This document shows positions 34,201-45,886 of a stretch of DNA of 64,000 bases, piece by piece. This DNA comes from Podarcis vaucheri (taxonomy: Eukaryota). The stretch lies in the NCBI GenBank assembly GCA_965113315.1, contig OZ220368.1. One strand, 5' to 3'. The notes beneath the pieces are model-generated. The model had not been told where the DNA came from. It did no database searches and saw only the letters and a list, made by a program, of their open reading frames with translations. The stretch's first letter is position 1. Each line of letters opens with the position of its first letter. A program made the position numbers and the translations under genes.

Positions 34201-37200
34201 AAATATCTCCCAGGCAGAGGGAAGGCTAGCAGACTGGCAGGGCGCCATCCACTTTGTCAGCAGTGGCACAAAGAGAAAACACACACAGAGAGAGGTCATG
34301 GGAGGCGGTGGGATGTTGCTCACTGTGCCTTCTGAGCAATGTAGGCCAACACATCCCCCTCCCTGTTTTTGTTATCAACAGCAACCAGGATGAAGTCAGC
34401 GCTGCTCTGGGATTACCATTAAAACTCAGTTGCACTTCCTCTCTCTGTCTGCGGGCCGCCCCCAGCAGTGCAGCACTAGAAACTGGTGCATGTTTTGCCC
34501 AAACAAAGCTGAGCTTCTTTTCTGGCTCTCTGGCAAAGAGCTGAGCGATCGTTCAAGCTCAGATTTTGCACAGGGACTTGGGCACAGCCAGCTAGGTCAG
34601 CACTTGGGCATTTCCACTAGACCACAGTCCAGCAGGCAACATTTCAGCCTGAGGACGGAAATACATGTTGCTCCCCAATGCATGCAAACATGTAAAGCAC
34701 GATGGTTGCTTTTCTTAGGCAGGAGTTTTGGACTGGGAGGGGGGATGGAACTGGAGAGCGAGCATTTAACCCTTTCTCTGCCCCCAAATCAATTCTCCAT
34801 CCAAGCTGCTGGCATCGCAACACCTCCGTCAGATTCCAGATATACTTTTGAGGAAGCAAGCACGCATTTAAAACCCCACAGGATATGTATTTTGGAGGTG
34901 CAATTTATTTCAGGCGATGTAGGCCATCTTTGAGTGTTTTAGAAATAAAACTGAAAGGTGGGGTTAAAACATCACTTACAGATAGATAGACTGGAGATTT
35001 ATAGAGGTTTATAGGGAAATCTCCCTCCTGAAGCTGCATTTTTTAAGGAAAAGCAGCTGTCAGGCTCTTTTTGCACATATTTTGCATCTGACATGCAATT
35101 AGGCTCCAAGGATGCTCCAGTTCCTGAGGGGCCTAGGACAAATCCCAATGACTGCCACAGAATCAATTTCAGCCACCCACTGCACTATGGGCCTTTCATA
35201 AGTCTCATTCCCTTACTGAGTCACTGAGACTACACAGTGGAATTATTTTAAGAGATACAAATATGTCAACCAAGGACTCACAGACCAGCTAGTGTACTTG
35301 TGCTTCTGTTCATCTCAGTGTGTATTATACAATACATATTCAAAATAACATTAAGCTCTGGACAATGGAGACAGACGTCCGCATCGCTATGCCACTCACC
35401 TTGCTAGGAAACTGCTGTATAATCTGTGGGGTGTATGTTGCATCTGATGGCTTCTTCTGTAGGGACACCACCACAAAGAGCTCAAAGAGCTGCTGCTCCT
35501 GGAACTCGATGAGGTCCCTCTCCAGAGTCTGGTAGTGTGGATTTCTCTTGGACTGAGCCTGTACCTGCAGCAGGCGCTTATGGCGACCTAAGGGAGACAA
35601 ATGACCTCTTAACTGCTAAAGCCTTTTATCCTGAGTGAAGGAAGGGGAAGCAGCAACAGAGAGTAAGAAGGTGGAAGGGTTAGAGGCAGATTAGCCAACA
35701 TGGTGCCCTCCAGTTCTTGTCGAACTCCATCTCCCATCAGTCCTACCCAGCATGGCCAAAGCTCAAGGATTATGGGAGCTGTAGTTGGGCACACATTTGG
35801 AGGGCAATACATTGACCTGGCCTGGATTAGGGGATTTAATCAAGGTCATGCAGACGGCCAATGATAAAGTTGGGAACAAGGCAAGCTCTGTTCTCCTGCA
35901 TACCAGTAAAGGTTGGGAGGAGCAAGAGACAGCTTGGTACCAAATTAGCTACGCTGCCCAATCTGAGGTAAAACATACTAAAGCTACAACACGAGGACAG
36001 AACTGGTTTCCTCCTCTCCACCATAGTGAGCTATCACAAAACATCCCATTCTGAATGGGATTGGAGCAGTATTCAAAACTGCACCAACTGCAGTGACTTA
36101 GGCTTCATGCGGCCTGCATGTAAAAAGTCGCACTTCCTTTATTCCAAACCTGACTGCAATGTCTTCCCTTCCCACCTCTAGCACCTAAGAGAGGGTGCTT
36201 ATCTGAGTGTCGGGCACTACTGAGGGTGGGCACTACTGAAGTGTGTCCGTGCTAGGCTACAGGCAAAGCTTTGCAGGCATGGAGAGCAGGAAATGCTGGT
36301 GTGTCCAGAGCCACTGGTGCCAGCTTGAGCAGATGAGTCATGACACAGATCCAGTTTGGAGCCTGTTGCTCTAGTTGTTCTTCCTCCAGTGCTTATATGC
36401 AAGCCTGGGATAAAGGGCCAAACTCATTATGTATAATCTCACTCCAGTTACTCCTTTTTTCCCAGCAAAGGGCGTTTCACAATCTTGCAGGACCATACAG
36501 AGTACAGAAATGAATGGGCTAAAGAGGCGACACTGGAGATGCCTTTGGGAGGGGCGTGTGACCAGCCTCTTAATATATTTTACCACAAGAAGCTCAGTGA
36601 CTACTTCATAGCACCATGGAACTGGAGAGAAGCAGCCTCTGCAGCATCTAGATGCCCTAACTCTAACCTGTTCCTTTTCGGATGTCTTCTCTTCACCTTT
36701 GGAAAAGGACACAACTGCTTTGGATGGAATCTATTCCCTAAAAGAGTTGGGTTTTTTGAGGGGAAACCTCCCTCCTTTGAGGGAACTCATTCCACACTGG
36801 CTCATGCCTGCCATGGGATTACCAGGTTTCTCAGAGGATTCTGGTCCACTTTCAAGATTTATGCAGAGCAACAGCTAAGCTTGTTGGGCTTTGCTGCTGC
36901 CCTGTAAAAATCAAATGTGCCCTAGAACCTGTCAAACAGTCACTAGGGAGAGGCTACCCTTTGCAAGAAAATAGTAATAATGACAGACAGGCTGTCTTTC
37001 AAGAAAGCCTTCCATAGTTGCTGATTTTCCCATCAAGCAACTGGAACTCCAGAGTTCATGAGGACACAGTTTGAAAGCCACCACCTGATCTCTAAACATG
37101 CCCACTTCCTTCAGATATTTTTTTCCTGTCGGTCACCCTAAACCTTTATTCTCTTTACTGGGATCCTAGGCATGAAGTCCTCATGCCAAAGTTTTAGTAG

Positions 37201-40200
37201 ACATAGCTCCCAAGCAAGCTATGCTCTCCCAAGTACTGAAAGAAATATGCATCCCCTGAGCTCCACAAGCAGCCAGAAATGGGGAACCGGTGGCCCTCCA
37301 GTTGTTAATGGTCTACAGCTGCCACCATCTCTGATGGCCAAGCTGGCTGGAGGTAACATGAGTCGGAGACCAACAACATTCAGAGGGCCACAGCTTCCCA
37401 TCCCTGCTCTAAGCATTCATAGTGAGCCCATTTTGCCACAAATGGTCAATATTCCAAATACTCAAATGGTTCACAGAAGCTAAATGCAGCCTGGCCATTT
37501 CTAGTAAATATACCAGCAGGTGATCCAGCAGCTATAATTATGCCCCATGAGCTGGCTCAGCCCTTGTGACTCACTCACTTTTTGGCAGATTCTCCGGTTC
37601 ACTGTCATACCCATTGGTTTCACCTGAAACGATAGAGAATTTCCATCAGAATTTCCCAGCTGGGTGGGAATAGGAAATGCTGGAAGGCAATTGACGCACT
37701 AATGACCCATCATGGGCCTAAGGGCACCAAAAGCTGGGCACAGGTGCAACATCTGGCAAAAGCATCTGCTGCCACACACACTCCAAGTGTTAAACAAAGC
37801 AAATAAAACTCATCATATGGTTTTGAGGAGGCATCTTCCATGTTGTGCAATGTTAGGAAGCATCACCATAAATTGTTTAGCACTGCTAGGCAACTTGACA
37901 ATGCTGATTTGCAAAATGCAGGTCACACAAAGAACACATGGCTCTTTACTAGGCAGTTCAGCACATGCCGGGAAGAAAAGCCACATAGAAAAACGTAGTA
38001 GCACAGTTTTTAAAAAACCAGGGACTACTTTATTCTTCTGCAATTTTAGTACAGAGCCTTCTACATTATCCTAAGGTCATTAGAGGAAGGGCAGGATAAA
38101 AAAGGAGTAAGCAAATATTAAACATAATCAATACTCAAGAGTTGGCAAATACATGCTTATCCCCACCAATGTTTGGATATCTGACTAGTAGAACTTTACA
38201 TAGCTCAAAATCTATACCTCTGGCTGGAGAAACTTCTTTTCCTGTCTGGGCCACCAACTTCACCCTCTTCTTCCCTCGTTTGGAGTCAAAGATTTCCTGA
38301 ATCTTCAACACAAGCTGAAACCCAAAAACAAAGTGGAAATCAAGAGGGGCCACATGTCTCCCAAGTATCCAGACAAGGATTGTAAAAGCTGGCCATTCAC
38401 AGAGCTATGCTGGAAAAAATTGAGTTGGGCAGCTACCAAACCCATGTCAAGGATCCATCTAGATGGCAAACTGAATCATCTGGCCTCCGGAAGAAACATA
38501 CAAACGTGTAATTGAAAAGGATAACAAGGGATGTATATGGACACTGGATATACATGCCACTAGGAGTCCTGACATGGGCCTGATCTTGGGACCAGGTCAC
38601 AGGGAGAAGTGAAACCTGTGGGCCTCTAGAGAACTTCCCACAGTACTCTGTAGCATGAAGTGTTTGTTACATCTACAGTCTTGCGCAAAGGCACATTCAA
38701 CTCCATGCACACAGACCCAAGATTCATAACATAGGTTGGCTTGGCTTTCCAAAGGTGTGCCTATTTAGAGGATCAGGAACATGAAAATCTATGTTCATGC
38801 TCCATTACAACTATGTTCACCATTCTAGAATCTGATTGCTCATGTGCTACTGCTGAGGGGGAACCACTGATGCTCTGGCCCCCTCATGCATCACTGCTGG
38901 CCACGATCCAACAATGTCTGGAGGGCCACAGATTCTCAAGGAAATGGAAGCAAGGGACCTCCCTTGCCGGGACTGAGGAACAGTTTGGTCCTGGAAATGA
39001 AGGGAAGGACTGACCCTTCAAATAAAAGAGAGGGGAACATAGTTCCATATCTGGAGGCAGGCAGGCAGGCAGGCTACTGGGTGCCCCTTTTTTGAGTTAC
39101 CTACTTTATGTTGCTCTAAAAAAAACCCACGCACTAAGAGATGAGTGGTGGTGGCAGCAGCAGCCAAGCCCATCCAGTTCAATATGTAGTATCAGGCGTC
39201 TCAAGCCACAGGCAGACAGAAAGCTCTTCGGCTCAGCATGTCAAGTCATAACCTGCTGGCGCTCTCATCTCCTGTGGAACTGCTTTGCTGCCTGAAAGGC
39301 GCGGCACGCAGGCCAAGTTCCCTCTTGCCCGACTTTAAGAATGCATTCGACATTCCAAGCACAGGCCACAGGGTGGGGACCAGTCGTTCCCATCACCACC
39401 AGCAATGCACAAGTGCAAGAGGCAAGCACCAGGTAAATCTGCTCACAGTCCCAACCCTTTCCCTGACCTCGGCAACCCAAGCAGGGTCAGGCGGGCAGAG
39501 GAAGAAGGAACCGCAGCAGCAATCTGCTCGGCTGCTCCTGGGCCAGGGCGGTGCACAATGGCGTGCAGCACAACCCGAGGGCACGGCTGCCCTTTTGCAG
39601 GAAGCGCTGCACTTCCTCCATCCATTTCCTCCTGCCTCTCTTCCGCTCCTGCAGAGTTTTCCCAGCCTTGATCTTAATCTGAGAGCTACTTCGCACTTTG
39701 AAATGGTAGCCCGGTTACACTGGTGTTTGTTGAGACGAAACGTGCAAAATGCCAAAGGGGAGAAGGGGTGTGTGTGCATGCCAGGTAGCTGAGACTTTCC
39801 ACAGCTTTTTGCCATGGAAGCACTGTGGTTTGGAAACATGTTTCCCTGCCCCACACTTTCTAAGACAGCTGCCACAAACTCTGGCAGTCACAGGGCTGTC
39901 ACATTTGTCAGCAGCTTCAAGAACCCAGGAAAAGTGGTTGAGAGCTGCAGATATGGCGTCAGGATGCTGGAACGTAGCACATGCTTCTCTGGTGGGGTTG
40001 ACCAAGATTCTTTGCCACAGTGTGTTTGGGCATCACTCCAGCAATCTTGTGAGGTCAGAGTGAGAGAACAACATGCATTTTCCCTGTCAGTAAATTACTC
40101 CTTTACTTTTGGAGGCTGTTTAGGGGTCTCTGTCTGACAAAGGGCACTCATGTGGGACATTTCATCATTCCTCTTGGCACAACGTTTATAATCATCTTTG

Positions 40201-43200
40201 CACACTCCAAGAAATGCTGATGTGTAACACTTGGAAAAGGCAACAAGTCTGGCCTGGGGAATATGCTAGCCTTCCCTCCTCCTACCCCCAATTCCCTCTG
40301 CCACAGAAGAAAGAGATTTTTACTAGGCTGCGTGGGCCGGCTCAGTCCTTTAGCCTAAAGTAGATGCCAGAATTGGGAGATTTTATTGCTCAGGTCCCTA
40401 GCTAGACAACAATATCTGAATCACATCTTTTTTTTGCAATGCTTTCTTACTGTAGGGTTACCAAGAGAACTGATGTGTGTTGTGCACTGATTTTTTAAAA
40501 ATACAGATGTATGCGAGGTGATATAAAAAGACCCCTAGCTGGACAGGAGTCCAATTTCTCCAGTGCGTAGGCAGCATCAGAAGCGAATCTTAGTTTGCCG
40601 ACTACACCAGTCATGCATCTCTGTTACTCACTCACCCACGGGAGGGAGCGGCAGGAAACACATCAGGAAAATGATATTCAAGTTTTATGGAACTGTCTCA
40701 TTCCTAATAAACTGCTCAGCAGCTTTAAGCCACAAAACACTTTGGAGGTTAAAATGTTAAATCCGGAGTAAGCCACTCCAGAGGAATAAGCTACATGAGC
40801 CTAGGCAGAATAAAATGAACTCAGGGTCATATTGAGCCTTTACAAGCAGCACTGATCACTTGTTTAAAATCTGAATTAAACTTCCAAAGTGAATTGGGGT
40901 TAGCTGCATATTAACTGCACGTTACCACATACTGCCTGTGCCCACTTGCTAATCAGCCTGAATAGCTGTTTATGCACAGCAGGACAGCAACATCCAAATA
41001 AACAAAGGAATGAAATTAATTCAGGCATGGGCTTCCACAAGGAGGACTAGCTAGCTGAATCTTGCACCTAGATTTGAACTAGGTTCAAATCACTGCTCAG
41101 CACTGCTGCAGAGGAAGGGTGAAGATCTCCTCATGGTCAGGACCATTCCCAGAGCTGAGTGGGGTGGTGCATGAGAAGGGAAAGAAAGAAAAGACTCTTG
41201 CTCCTCTTGCTGCTCTCCCCCCCCCCCGGGGTGGGACCCTCAAAGTTTTGAATCGTGCTTCCTCACCCGAGGTAGATTCTTCCTCTTCCTGCTTCCAGCC
41301 TCGCCTGCTTTGAAGAACTTCCACTCTGTCAGCGTAACAGGTAGAGTTGTGTCCTTTGGCAGCCTCCCACGCAGGCAGATCCTTGTGGTCTTTAGCTCCA
41401 AGGTCTTGCGGTGAAGGAAGTGTGGCTTCGGGGGTAGCTGCACAAAACCCAAAATAAAATAAAAACATGGTTGAGAGTGAAAAGGTTTCACTAGGAAAGT
41501 GATTCCCACTAAGCTGAATGTGGGCAGGCACCAATGATGAACAAGAATTCTGCAAATAGGCTGCCTGCTTTTTATGGTAGTGACAATGAAGTAGAAGTGT
41601 CTAACAGGCATGGGAACAATCCCTGGTTTGGAGAAGAGCACAGGCCGAAAAGTCCCATTAGTTGAGCAGTGGGAAAATCTAATTAGGCCTGCCTCCTCTC
41701 CCACCACCTGCCCAATTCTCCTGAATTACACACCTGTGCATTTAGCAGTTGTTTAGCTTAGTGACTGTCCTCTTCCCCTAAAATCATTTTGGGGCAAAAT
41801 AGCAGCTAACACAATCTCCCTGATTTGTCACTGGAGAAGCAGGGGGTGGGTGTCATTTCAAGTCAGTTATAATGGGAACCAAGGACACAGGCTTTAAGTG
41901 CCTGCCAACCTTTTCTTGGCTCCTCAAAAGTTGTTGGAACGCCAATCAGCCCCAGCCAGGAAGACCAACAACTCAGGGTTGGAGGGCCACAAGGATGGGA
42001 AAGGCTAGCATTGTGAATGCGCCTCAGGCTCATTCCTTCACAAGTGGGAGGGATGGAGAGGAAGCGTCAGCTTTCAGTCTTGAACAAATGCACTTCCCTA
42101 TTTTATAGGTGGTAAAATCACAGTGAGTAGGAGGTCTGAAAAGGGAAGCATACACAGATGCACATGTTTAGGCAACAAAGTGTCTCCCCTGCACGAAGAC
42201 CCCTGTGGTGCTGTAGGTACTGGGCATATGGCTTAATCCCCAGGCAGCACAAGCTCCCCTCCCCAAAAGAGTACCCTAGCGCATGTGTGTGGAGGTATGC
42301 TCCAAACCCACAGATCGTGAATGCACTTCAGCATGCATGCACAAATTTCCCCCTTCCTCTTTTGTTCCCTGCATGGGGAGTGCAGAGTATTGTCTTCAGA
42401 CAAGGAGAGATCAAGCTAATGCTAACACAGCATAGCGAAGCAGCATTTTACTCTCTAATGGTGAATTCACAGACGTGCAATCTTCAGTCAATAACAGCCA
42501 AGAGTGGTCAAAGCCACAGTGTCACAGGTTTGCAATCACCCCAAACACACAAAACTTTTCAATGGAAGCAGTTCAAACACTTAGCTCAACGCCACTGAGT
42601 CTGTGCATGTCTGAACTTATTCCATCTCAGTCAACTGAATTCCTGTGAAGTGCAAGGACAAAATCCAGCCTTAGGTGGGGATGCAGAGAACAGACATTGA
42701 GAAATAGACCTTCACCTTGGGAGGCTTGATGGTGCTCCGGGCAGGAGGCAGCTTCCAAGCAGAGGGGATCCTCCAGAGAGGCTTCACTTTGATGTCTTCA
42801 TACAGGTTCTCCTTAGCAGGATCTAGGAAAAGGGAGTATCGTGAAGGAGAGAGGCAGAATACCAACATGCTTGCAACAACAAAAGGCACAAACTGGGACC
42901 ATGTCTATAGCAGAGGAGCGGAACCTCTGGCCCAAAAGCCAATCCTGGCCCACCAGGGGTTCCAATTCAGCCCACAAGGACCATTTTCCAAAACCACAGC
43001 CACCTGTCAATCAGCTGATGGGCACGGGGTGAATTCTACCTTGTTCTGCTACGCAAGCAAGTAGCAAGGAACTCATGCACAGAGCCAGTGGCTGCAGATA
43101 GCAGGTTTCAGCTCACCACTTACTGGTTGATGGGGGGCGGGTTCAGTCCTGCTGTGGAGCTGAAGCCTAACCACACAGGCAAAATTTGGCAGGTGGGAGG

Positions 43201-43310
43201 GACAACCCACCTGTCATTAAGATGTCAAAGGTCATGCACAGGATTTTCTTGGTACAACAGACCAATACAGCTACTGTTTTGAAAATAATTACTCTCTGGC
43301 TTTGGTATGC

Positions 43311-43352
<42 letters not shown>

Positions 43353-45886
43353 AACAAACAAACACACAAACACACAAAACATCAGAAATCTATCAATTTG
43401 TTCTCAGAGAGCTGAGATGAAAACATTCTTTTCTCAAAGCTTGTACAACCAGGAAAAGGCTCCTGAGAATACATCAATTATTTCTATCAGATAAAATGTG
43501 GCCCTTCAAATTGTTCTGAAACTACACAGAAATGGGGTGGGGGAGAAGAGACACTTAAAAAGAAAACAGGAAAAATAAGGAGGAAATGAACAGGACTGAA
43601 GGAACTCTGATACGATGGAAGAATGGGGCAGCTTGAGCAGGTTTGGGGGCTGCATAAAATGGCATTAGGGCCCATAGGGTGCCTACTTGTGAACTAACAG
43701 AAAGGAAATGGGGAGGAAGAAAGCACAAAGCAGCAGCATGCTCTGCAAATCCCCACACCCGCTTCTCTTCAATTTGCTGTTTTGCAGCAGAGAAGTGGTA
43801 TTTGATATCACTCTACAAACAGGCATCTATAAACATGTTCAACAGGTCGGCTCCAAACTAGTACAATTCATTTCCTCCAAGTGAACTTTGCAACATACCA
43901 ATAATGTCCTCATAGAGGTTGTCCTCCGATTGCGTGCAATAGAGGCGGACACTTGTGGTGCCATTCAATTCTTCATGGAGCTTTTGGTACTCAATGGCTG
44001 CTAGCCGGTTTCGGTAACCTTGGATGTCCTCAAATTCAAAGGACTTTCTGCAAACAAAGCATAGAGTTGCCTTATCATCACACAAGCCTCACAAGCAATA
44101 ACATGCCCATCTCCTATGTTTTGTTAAAGGGCTGCTGCCCCTGTCTAGAGCTGACTGAAATGTTTGTTTTCCTTTTGGAGAATTTTCAGCATAAAACTGC
44201 TCTTTTAGAAAAAGTAGTATTATGCAGCTCTGTCTTCAGTTCTTCTCCGTTCAGAACGTATAAAGACAATAGAAAGGGGTGAGATCATTTTTAACATAAT
44301 TTCTCTCAGAAATTGTTTTTCATGCCTTAAGGCAATGATGGGGAAACCTGTTCCTGCCCCAGGAGTTGCTGGACTCCCATCAGCCCCTGCCAGTGGGCAG
44401 GCATGATGGGAGTTGTAGTGCAATATACATCTACATTTGAACATATGGGTTGTAATAGTCAATTTCATTTAGACAACTATTTAGACTGATTATATTAATG
44501 TATACTAAAACAGGAATGATGAAATACTCTTACTGTGAAAAGTCAGCTGGAAATTTATTTTTGTTTTTTTAATCTATTCCCCCCCCCCCCATTTTTTCTG
44601 TTACAATTGTGAATAGAAATATTAAAAGATGGGAGAACCTTTCCGATTTCCTGATGATGGAAGAATGAATGGGGGGAACTGAGAGAAGAGTACACTTAGA
44701 CTGGGCTTCAAGGGCTTGCTAATTGGAAGGTTGACTGTTTGAATCCGCGCAACAGGGTGAGCTCCTGTTGCTCTGTCCCAGCTTCCAGCAACCTAGCAGT
44801 TCAAAAGCACACCAGTGCAAGTAGATAAATAGGTACCACTCTGGAGGGAAGGTAAACTGCATTTCCGTGTGCTCTGGCTTGCGTCACGGTGTTACGTTGC
44901 ACCAGAAGCAGTTTAGTCATGCTGGCCACATGACCCGGAAGGCTGTCTGTGGACAAAAGCCAGCTCCCTAAGCCTGAAAGCGAGATGAGCGCTGCAACCC
45001 CATAGTCGCCTTTGACTGGACTTAACCATCCAGGGGTCCTTTACTTTTACCTACTTGCATAAGAGGACCAGAGAGATCAACCTGGCACCCACCTCTTGGA
45101 TCTGCTTCGGATTCCTCTGCTGACCACTTTCTGCCCAGTGTCATGGGAGGTTGAGGCAGGACAGCCACCATTAGACTGACGTTCTGGCACCTTCCTCTCG
45201 GCATAGCCTCCATTAGGGCAATCTGTGTGGTCCTTCTCAGACAGGTATCGGAAAGTCCTTCGTGGTTTGGGTACCGGATTGATGGCTGGTCGCCCCTCCT
45301 GACCTTCAACGTCACAGTAGATGTTCTCCAAGCTCTTTGTTGGAGCCAGGTTCAGCTCCTTCTCTGTTGAGCCACAGCTTTCCCGCTTTCTTTTCAGGTC
45401 CAAAGCCAGAGCGAGGACTTGGTCGGGAGGAAGGGCTTCTATCTGTTTCCACAGCTCCCGTGAGGTGTAGAAGTTCCCTGGAGGGAGCCTCTCCCCCTGC
45501 CAGTCCGCCTCATCCTCTCCTTCAGATATAACACCATTGGGGAGCTGCTCAACCAAGGGGCTCTCTGGAGCCTCTTGGAGCCTCTCCTCTTCCTCCTCAG
45601 TCACACAGCAGAGGCGAGAGTTTTCCCGGAAATCTAAGCCAAGGCTCTGAATGTTTGCTAGTCCTTCTGAATGCCTGCTGTGCCCAAGTCCCACCGTCTG
45701 TCTCCTGCTCTCTTGACCATACTTGACCCCAAAGTCCTGGGGCTTCTGTCTTTCCTCCTGGCAACCCCCTTGAGTCCGACCCTCCCACTGAGAAATCTTT
45801 TGTTTTATGTTCCGGCAGTGGCTACGAGACAGGGTTTGCACAGCAGTGCGGGAAAAGCCAGGATCTGTGCTGCCCGTGGGGTGCAT
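19184..45886 (-). CDS. DENND2C: DENN domain-containing protein 2C (DENND2-family Rab GEF), complete 18-exon CDS, 927 aa
   Basis: Exon lengths 794,149,107,171,97,45,188,110,70,78,141,149,178,42,106,240,87,32 = 2784 nt, all GT-AG with matching phases. Contains uDENN/cDENN/dDENN motifs (FCFP, FSFVLTGEDGSRWFGYC, LLLERRVIF, YPFTWQHTYIPVLP, FMETQMFAGFI). Adjacent to BCAS2 as in other amniotes. Confidence 0.96.
19886..19972 (-). CDS. DENND2C: DENND2C coding exon 17 (GLFEVRALEYLETIPESEPSGMNKILRSL)
   Basis: TAG/GTAAAT; 87 nt. Confidence 0.94.
20977..21216 (-). CDS. DENND2C: DENND2C coding exon 16 (GDVTLDLLVSEAFVRFF...FMETQMFAGFIQDRELRKSGVK)
   Basis: TAG/GTGATG; 240 nt. Confidence 0.94.
21745..22236 (-). 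mobile_element. L1/Tx1-type LINE 3' fragment (ORF2 C-terminus + 3'UTR)
   Basis: YNELKKIFK...EAFLLGVIG...LFLYATIAARIV...YWK...W remnant; AATAAA at 21762-21757 followed by a (TAA)-like tail. Confidence 0.75.
22260..22365 (-). CDS. DENND2C: DENND2C coding exon 15 (VSDEDEILPHKLQAALVQILEERNEILSRERNYTQ)
   Basis: AAG acceptor / GTGAC donor; 106 nt. Confidence 0.92.
22494..22944 (+). mobile_element. 5'-truncated L1-type 3'UTR insertion with 18-bp TSD
   Basis: atgaaattattttaacat (22476-22493) / atgaaattatttcaacat (22945-22962); aataaa plus A-rich tail. Confidence 0.8.
24274..24494. mobile_element. Tigger/pogo-type MITE
   Basis: TIR cagtggtaccttg / caaggtaccactg, TA TSD. Confidence 0.88.
25824..25865 (-). 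CDS. DENND2C: DENND2C coding exon 14 (VLIVDLCADTFLQQ)
   Basis: TAG/GTGAGT; 42 nt. Confidence 0.92.
26647..26824 (-). CDS. DENND2C: DENND2C coding exon 13 (TLSKCGHAVVAALYPFTWQHTYIPVLP...LPIEE)
   Basis: TAG/GTGAG; 178 nt. Confidence 0.95.
27243..27421 (-). mobile_element. tRNA-derived SINE (Squam3-like)
   Basis: Reverse complement similar to 15881-16064; B-box ggttcaatccc. Confidence 0.7.
27713..27861 (-). CDS. DENND2C: DENND2C coding exon 12 (VIELCRPLDSRLEHVDF...LLLERRVIFVADNL)
   Basis: CAG/GTGAG; 149 nt. Confidence 0.95.
27954..28204. mobile_element. Tigger/pogo-type MITE
   Basis: TIR cagtggtaccttggttg / caaccaaggtatgactg, TA TSD. Confidence 0.85.
28582..28722 (-). CDS. DENND2C: DENND2C coding exon 11 (ILDEVEKRREMSPALVHPFMRSVMEAPFPAPGRTITVKSFLPGAGNE)
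   Basis: CAG/GTAATG; 141 nt. Confidence 0.95.
28773..28921 (+). mobile_element. tRNA-head/CR1-tail SINE (Squam2-like)
   Basis: tagctcagctggtta head; ends in CR1 tail gggggttggactag...ttccaactctatgattctatga. Confidence 0.75.
30335..31048 (+). mobile_element. L2-type LINE 3' region interrupted by a nested insertion
   Basis: VLTYKVLNGSGLQCLEDCLSPYE remnant, then ggccttttctgcagtggctcccc...tggaatgctct and a gaagggcagtatacaaattt end. Confidence 0.7.
30439..30729 (-). mobile_element. L1-type 3'UTR insertion nested in L2, with 17-bp TSD
   Basis: cctgagatcaccatctg (30422-30438) / cctgagatcactatctg (30730-30746); poly(T) and tttatt at the left end. Confidence 0.82.
31392..31520. mobile_element. Short (~130 bp) palindromic hAT-derived MITE; related copies at ~13000, 35690, 37278, 44335, 50186, 51330, 52760, 55790, 57170, 58395, 59860
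   Basis: Shared core ccagatgttgctggactacaactcccatcatccct...gatgggagttgtagtcc with gggaacc/ggttccccac ends. Confidence 0.7.
31623..31700 (-). CDS. DENND2C: DENND2C coding exon 10 (PEGKGKRLPEVYCMVSRLGCFNLFSK)
   Basis: TAG/GTGAGT; 78 nt. Confidence 0.95.
32019..32088 (-). CDS. DENND2C: DENND2C coding exon 9 (ETFSFVLTGEDGSRWFGYCKKLL)
   Basis: CAG/GTAAGT; 70 nt. Confidence 0.95.
33376..33485 (-). CDS. DENND2C: DENND2C coding exon 8 (PDHPFRQSK...IPKFCFPDPKDW)
   Basis: CAG/GTGAG; 110 nt. Confidence 0.95.
35400..35587 (-). CDS. DENND2C: DENND2C coding exon 7 (SRHKRLLQ...FELFVVVSL...QQFPSK)
   Basis: TAG/GTGAGT; 188 nt. Confidence 0.95.
37579..37623 (-). CDS. DENND2C: DENND2C coding exon 6 (GETNGYDSEPENLPK)
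   Basis: CAG/GTGAGT; 45 nt; read manually. Confidence 0.9.
38218..38314 (-). CDS. DENND2C: DENND2C coding exon 5 (LVLKIQEIFDSKRGKKRVKL...PAR)
   Basis: CAG/GTATA; 97 nt. Confidence 0.93.
41267..41437 (-). CDS. DENND2C: DENND2C coding exon 4 (LPPKPHFLHRKT...KRKNLPR)
   Basis: CAG/GTGAG; 171 nt, phase 0-0. Confidence 0.93.
42716..42822 (-). CDS. DENND2C: DENND2C coding exon 3 (DPAKENLYEDI...IKPPK)
   Basis: TAG/GTGAA; 107 nt. Confidence 0.93.
43314..43380. repeat. (CA)n followed by (CAAA)n compound microsatellite
   Basis: Direct reading. Confidence 0.95.
43899..44047 (-). CDS. DENND2C: DENND2C coding exon 2 (KSFEFEDIQ...SEDNLYEDII)
   Basis: CAG/GTATG; 149 nt. Confidence 0.94.
44697..45052 (+). 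mobile_element. Sauria SINE, near full length
   Basis: gggtgagctcctgttgct...gtgcaagtagataaataggtacc...catgctggccacatgacccggaag...ggggtcctttacttttacct tail. Confidence 0.88.
45093..45886 (-). CDS. DENND2C: DENND2C coding exon 1 (MHPTGSTDPGFSRTAVQTLSRSHCRNIKQKISQWEGR...SRSKR); exon probably starts at 46045
   Basis: gccATG at 45886, in-frame TGA upstream at 45910-45908; donor GTGGGT; polypyrimidine-CAG acceptor at 46048-46046. Confidence 0.9.

Noticed and set aside
36660-36815. Possible alternative DENND2C first exon (MAGMSQCG...SEKEQ|GTTAGA)
   Set aside because: In-frame TAG in the middle, and a phase-0 donor does not fit the phase-1 downstream exon
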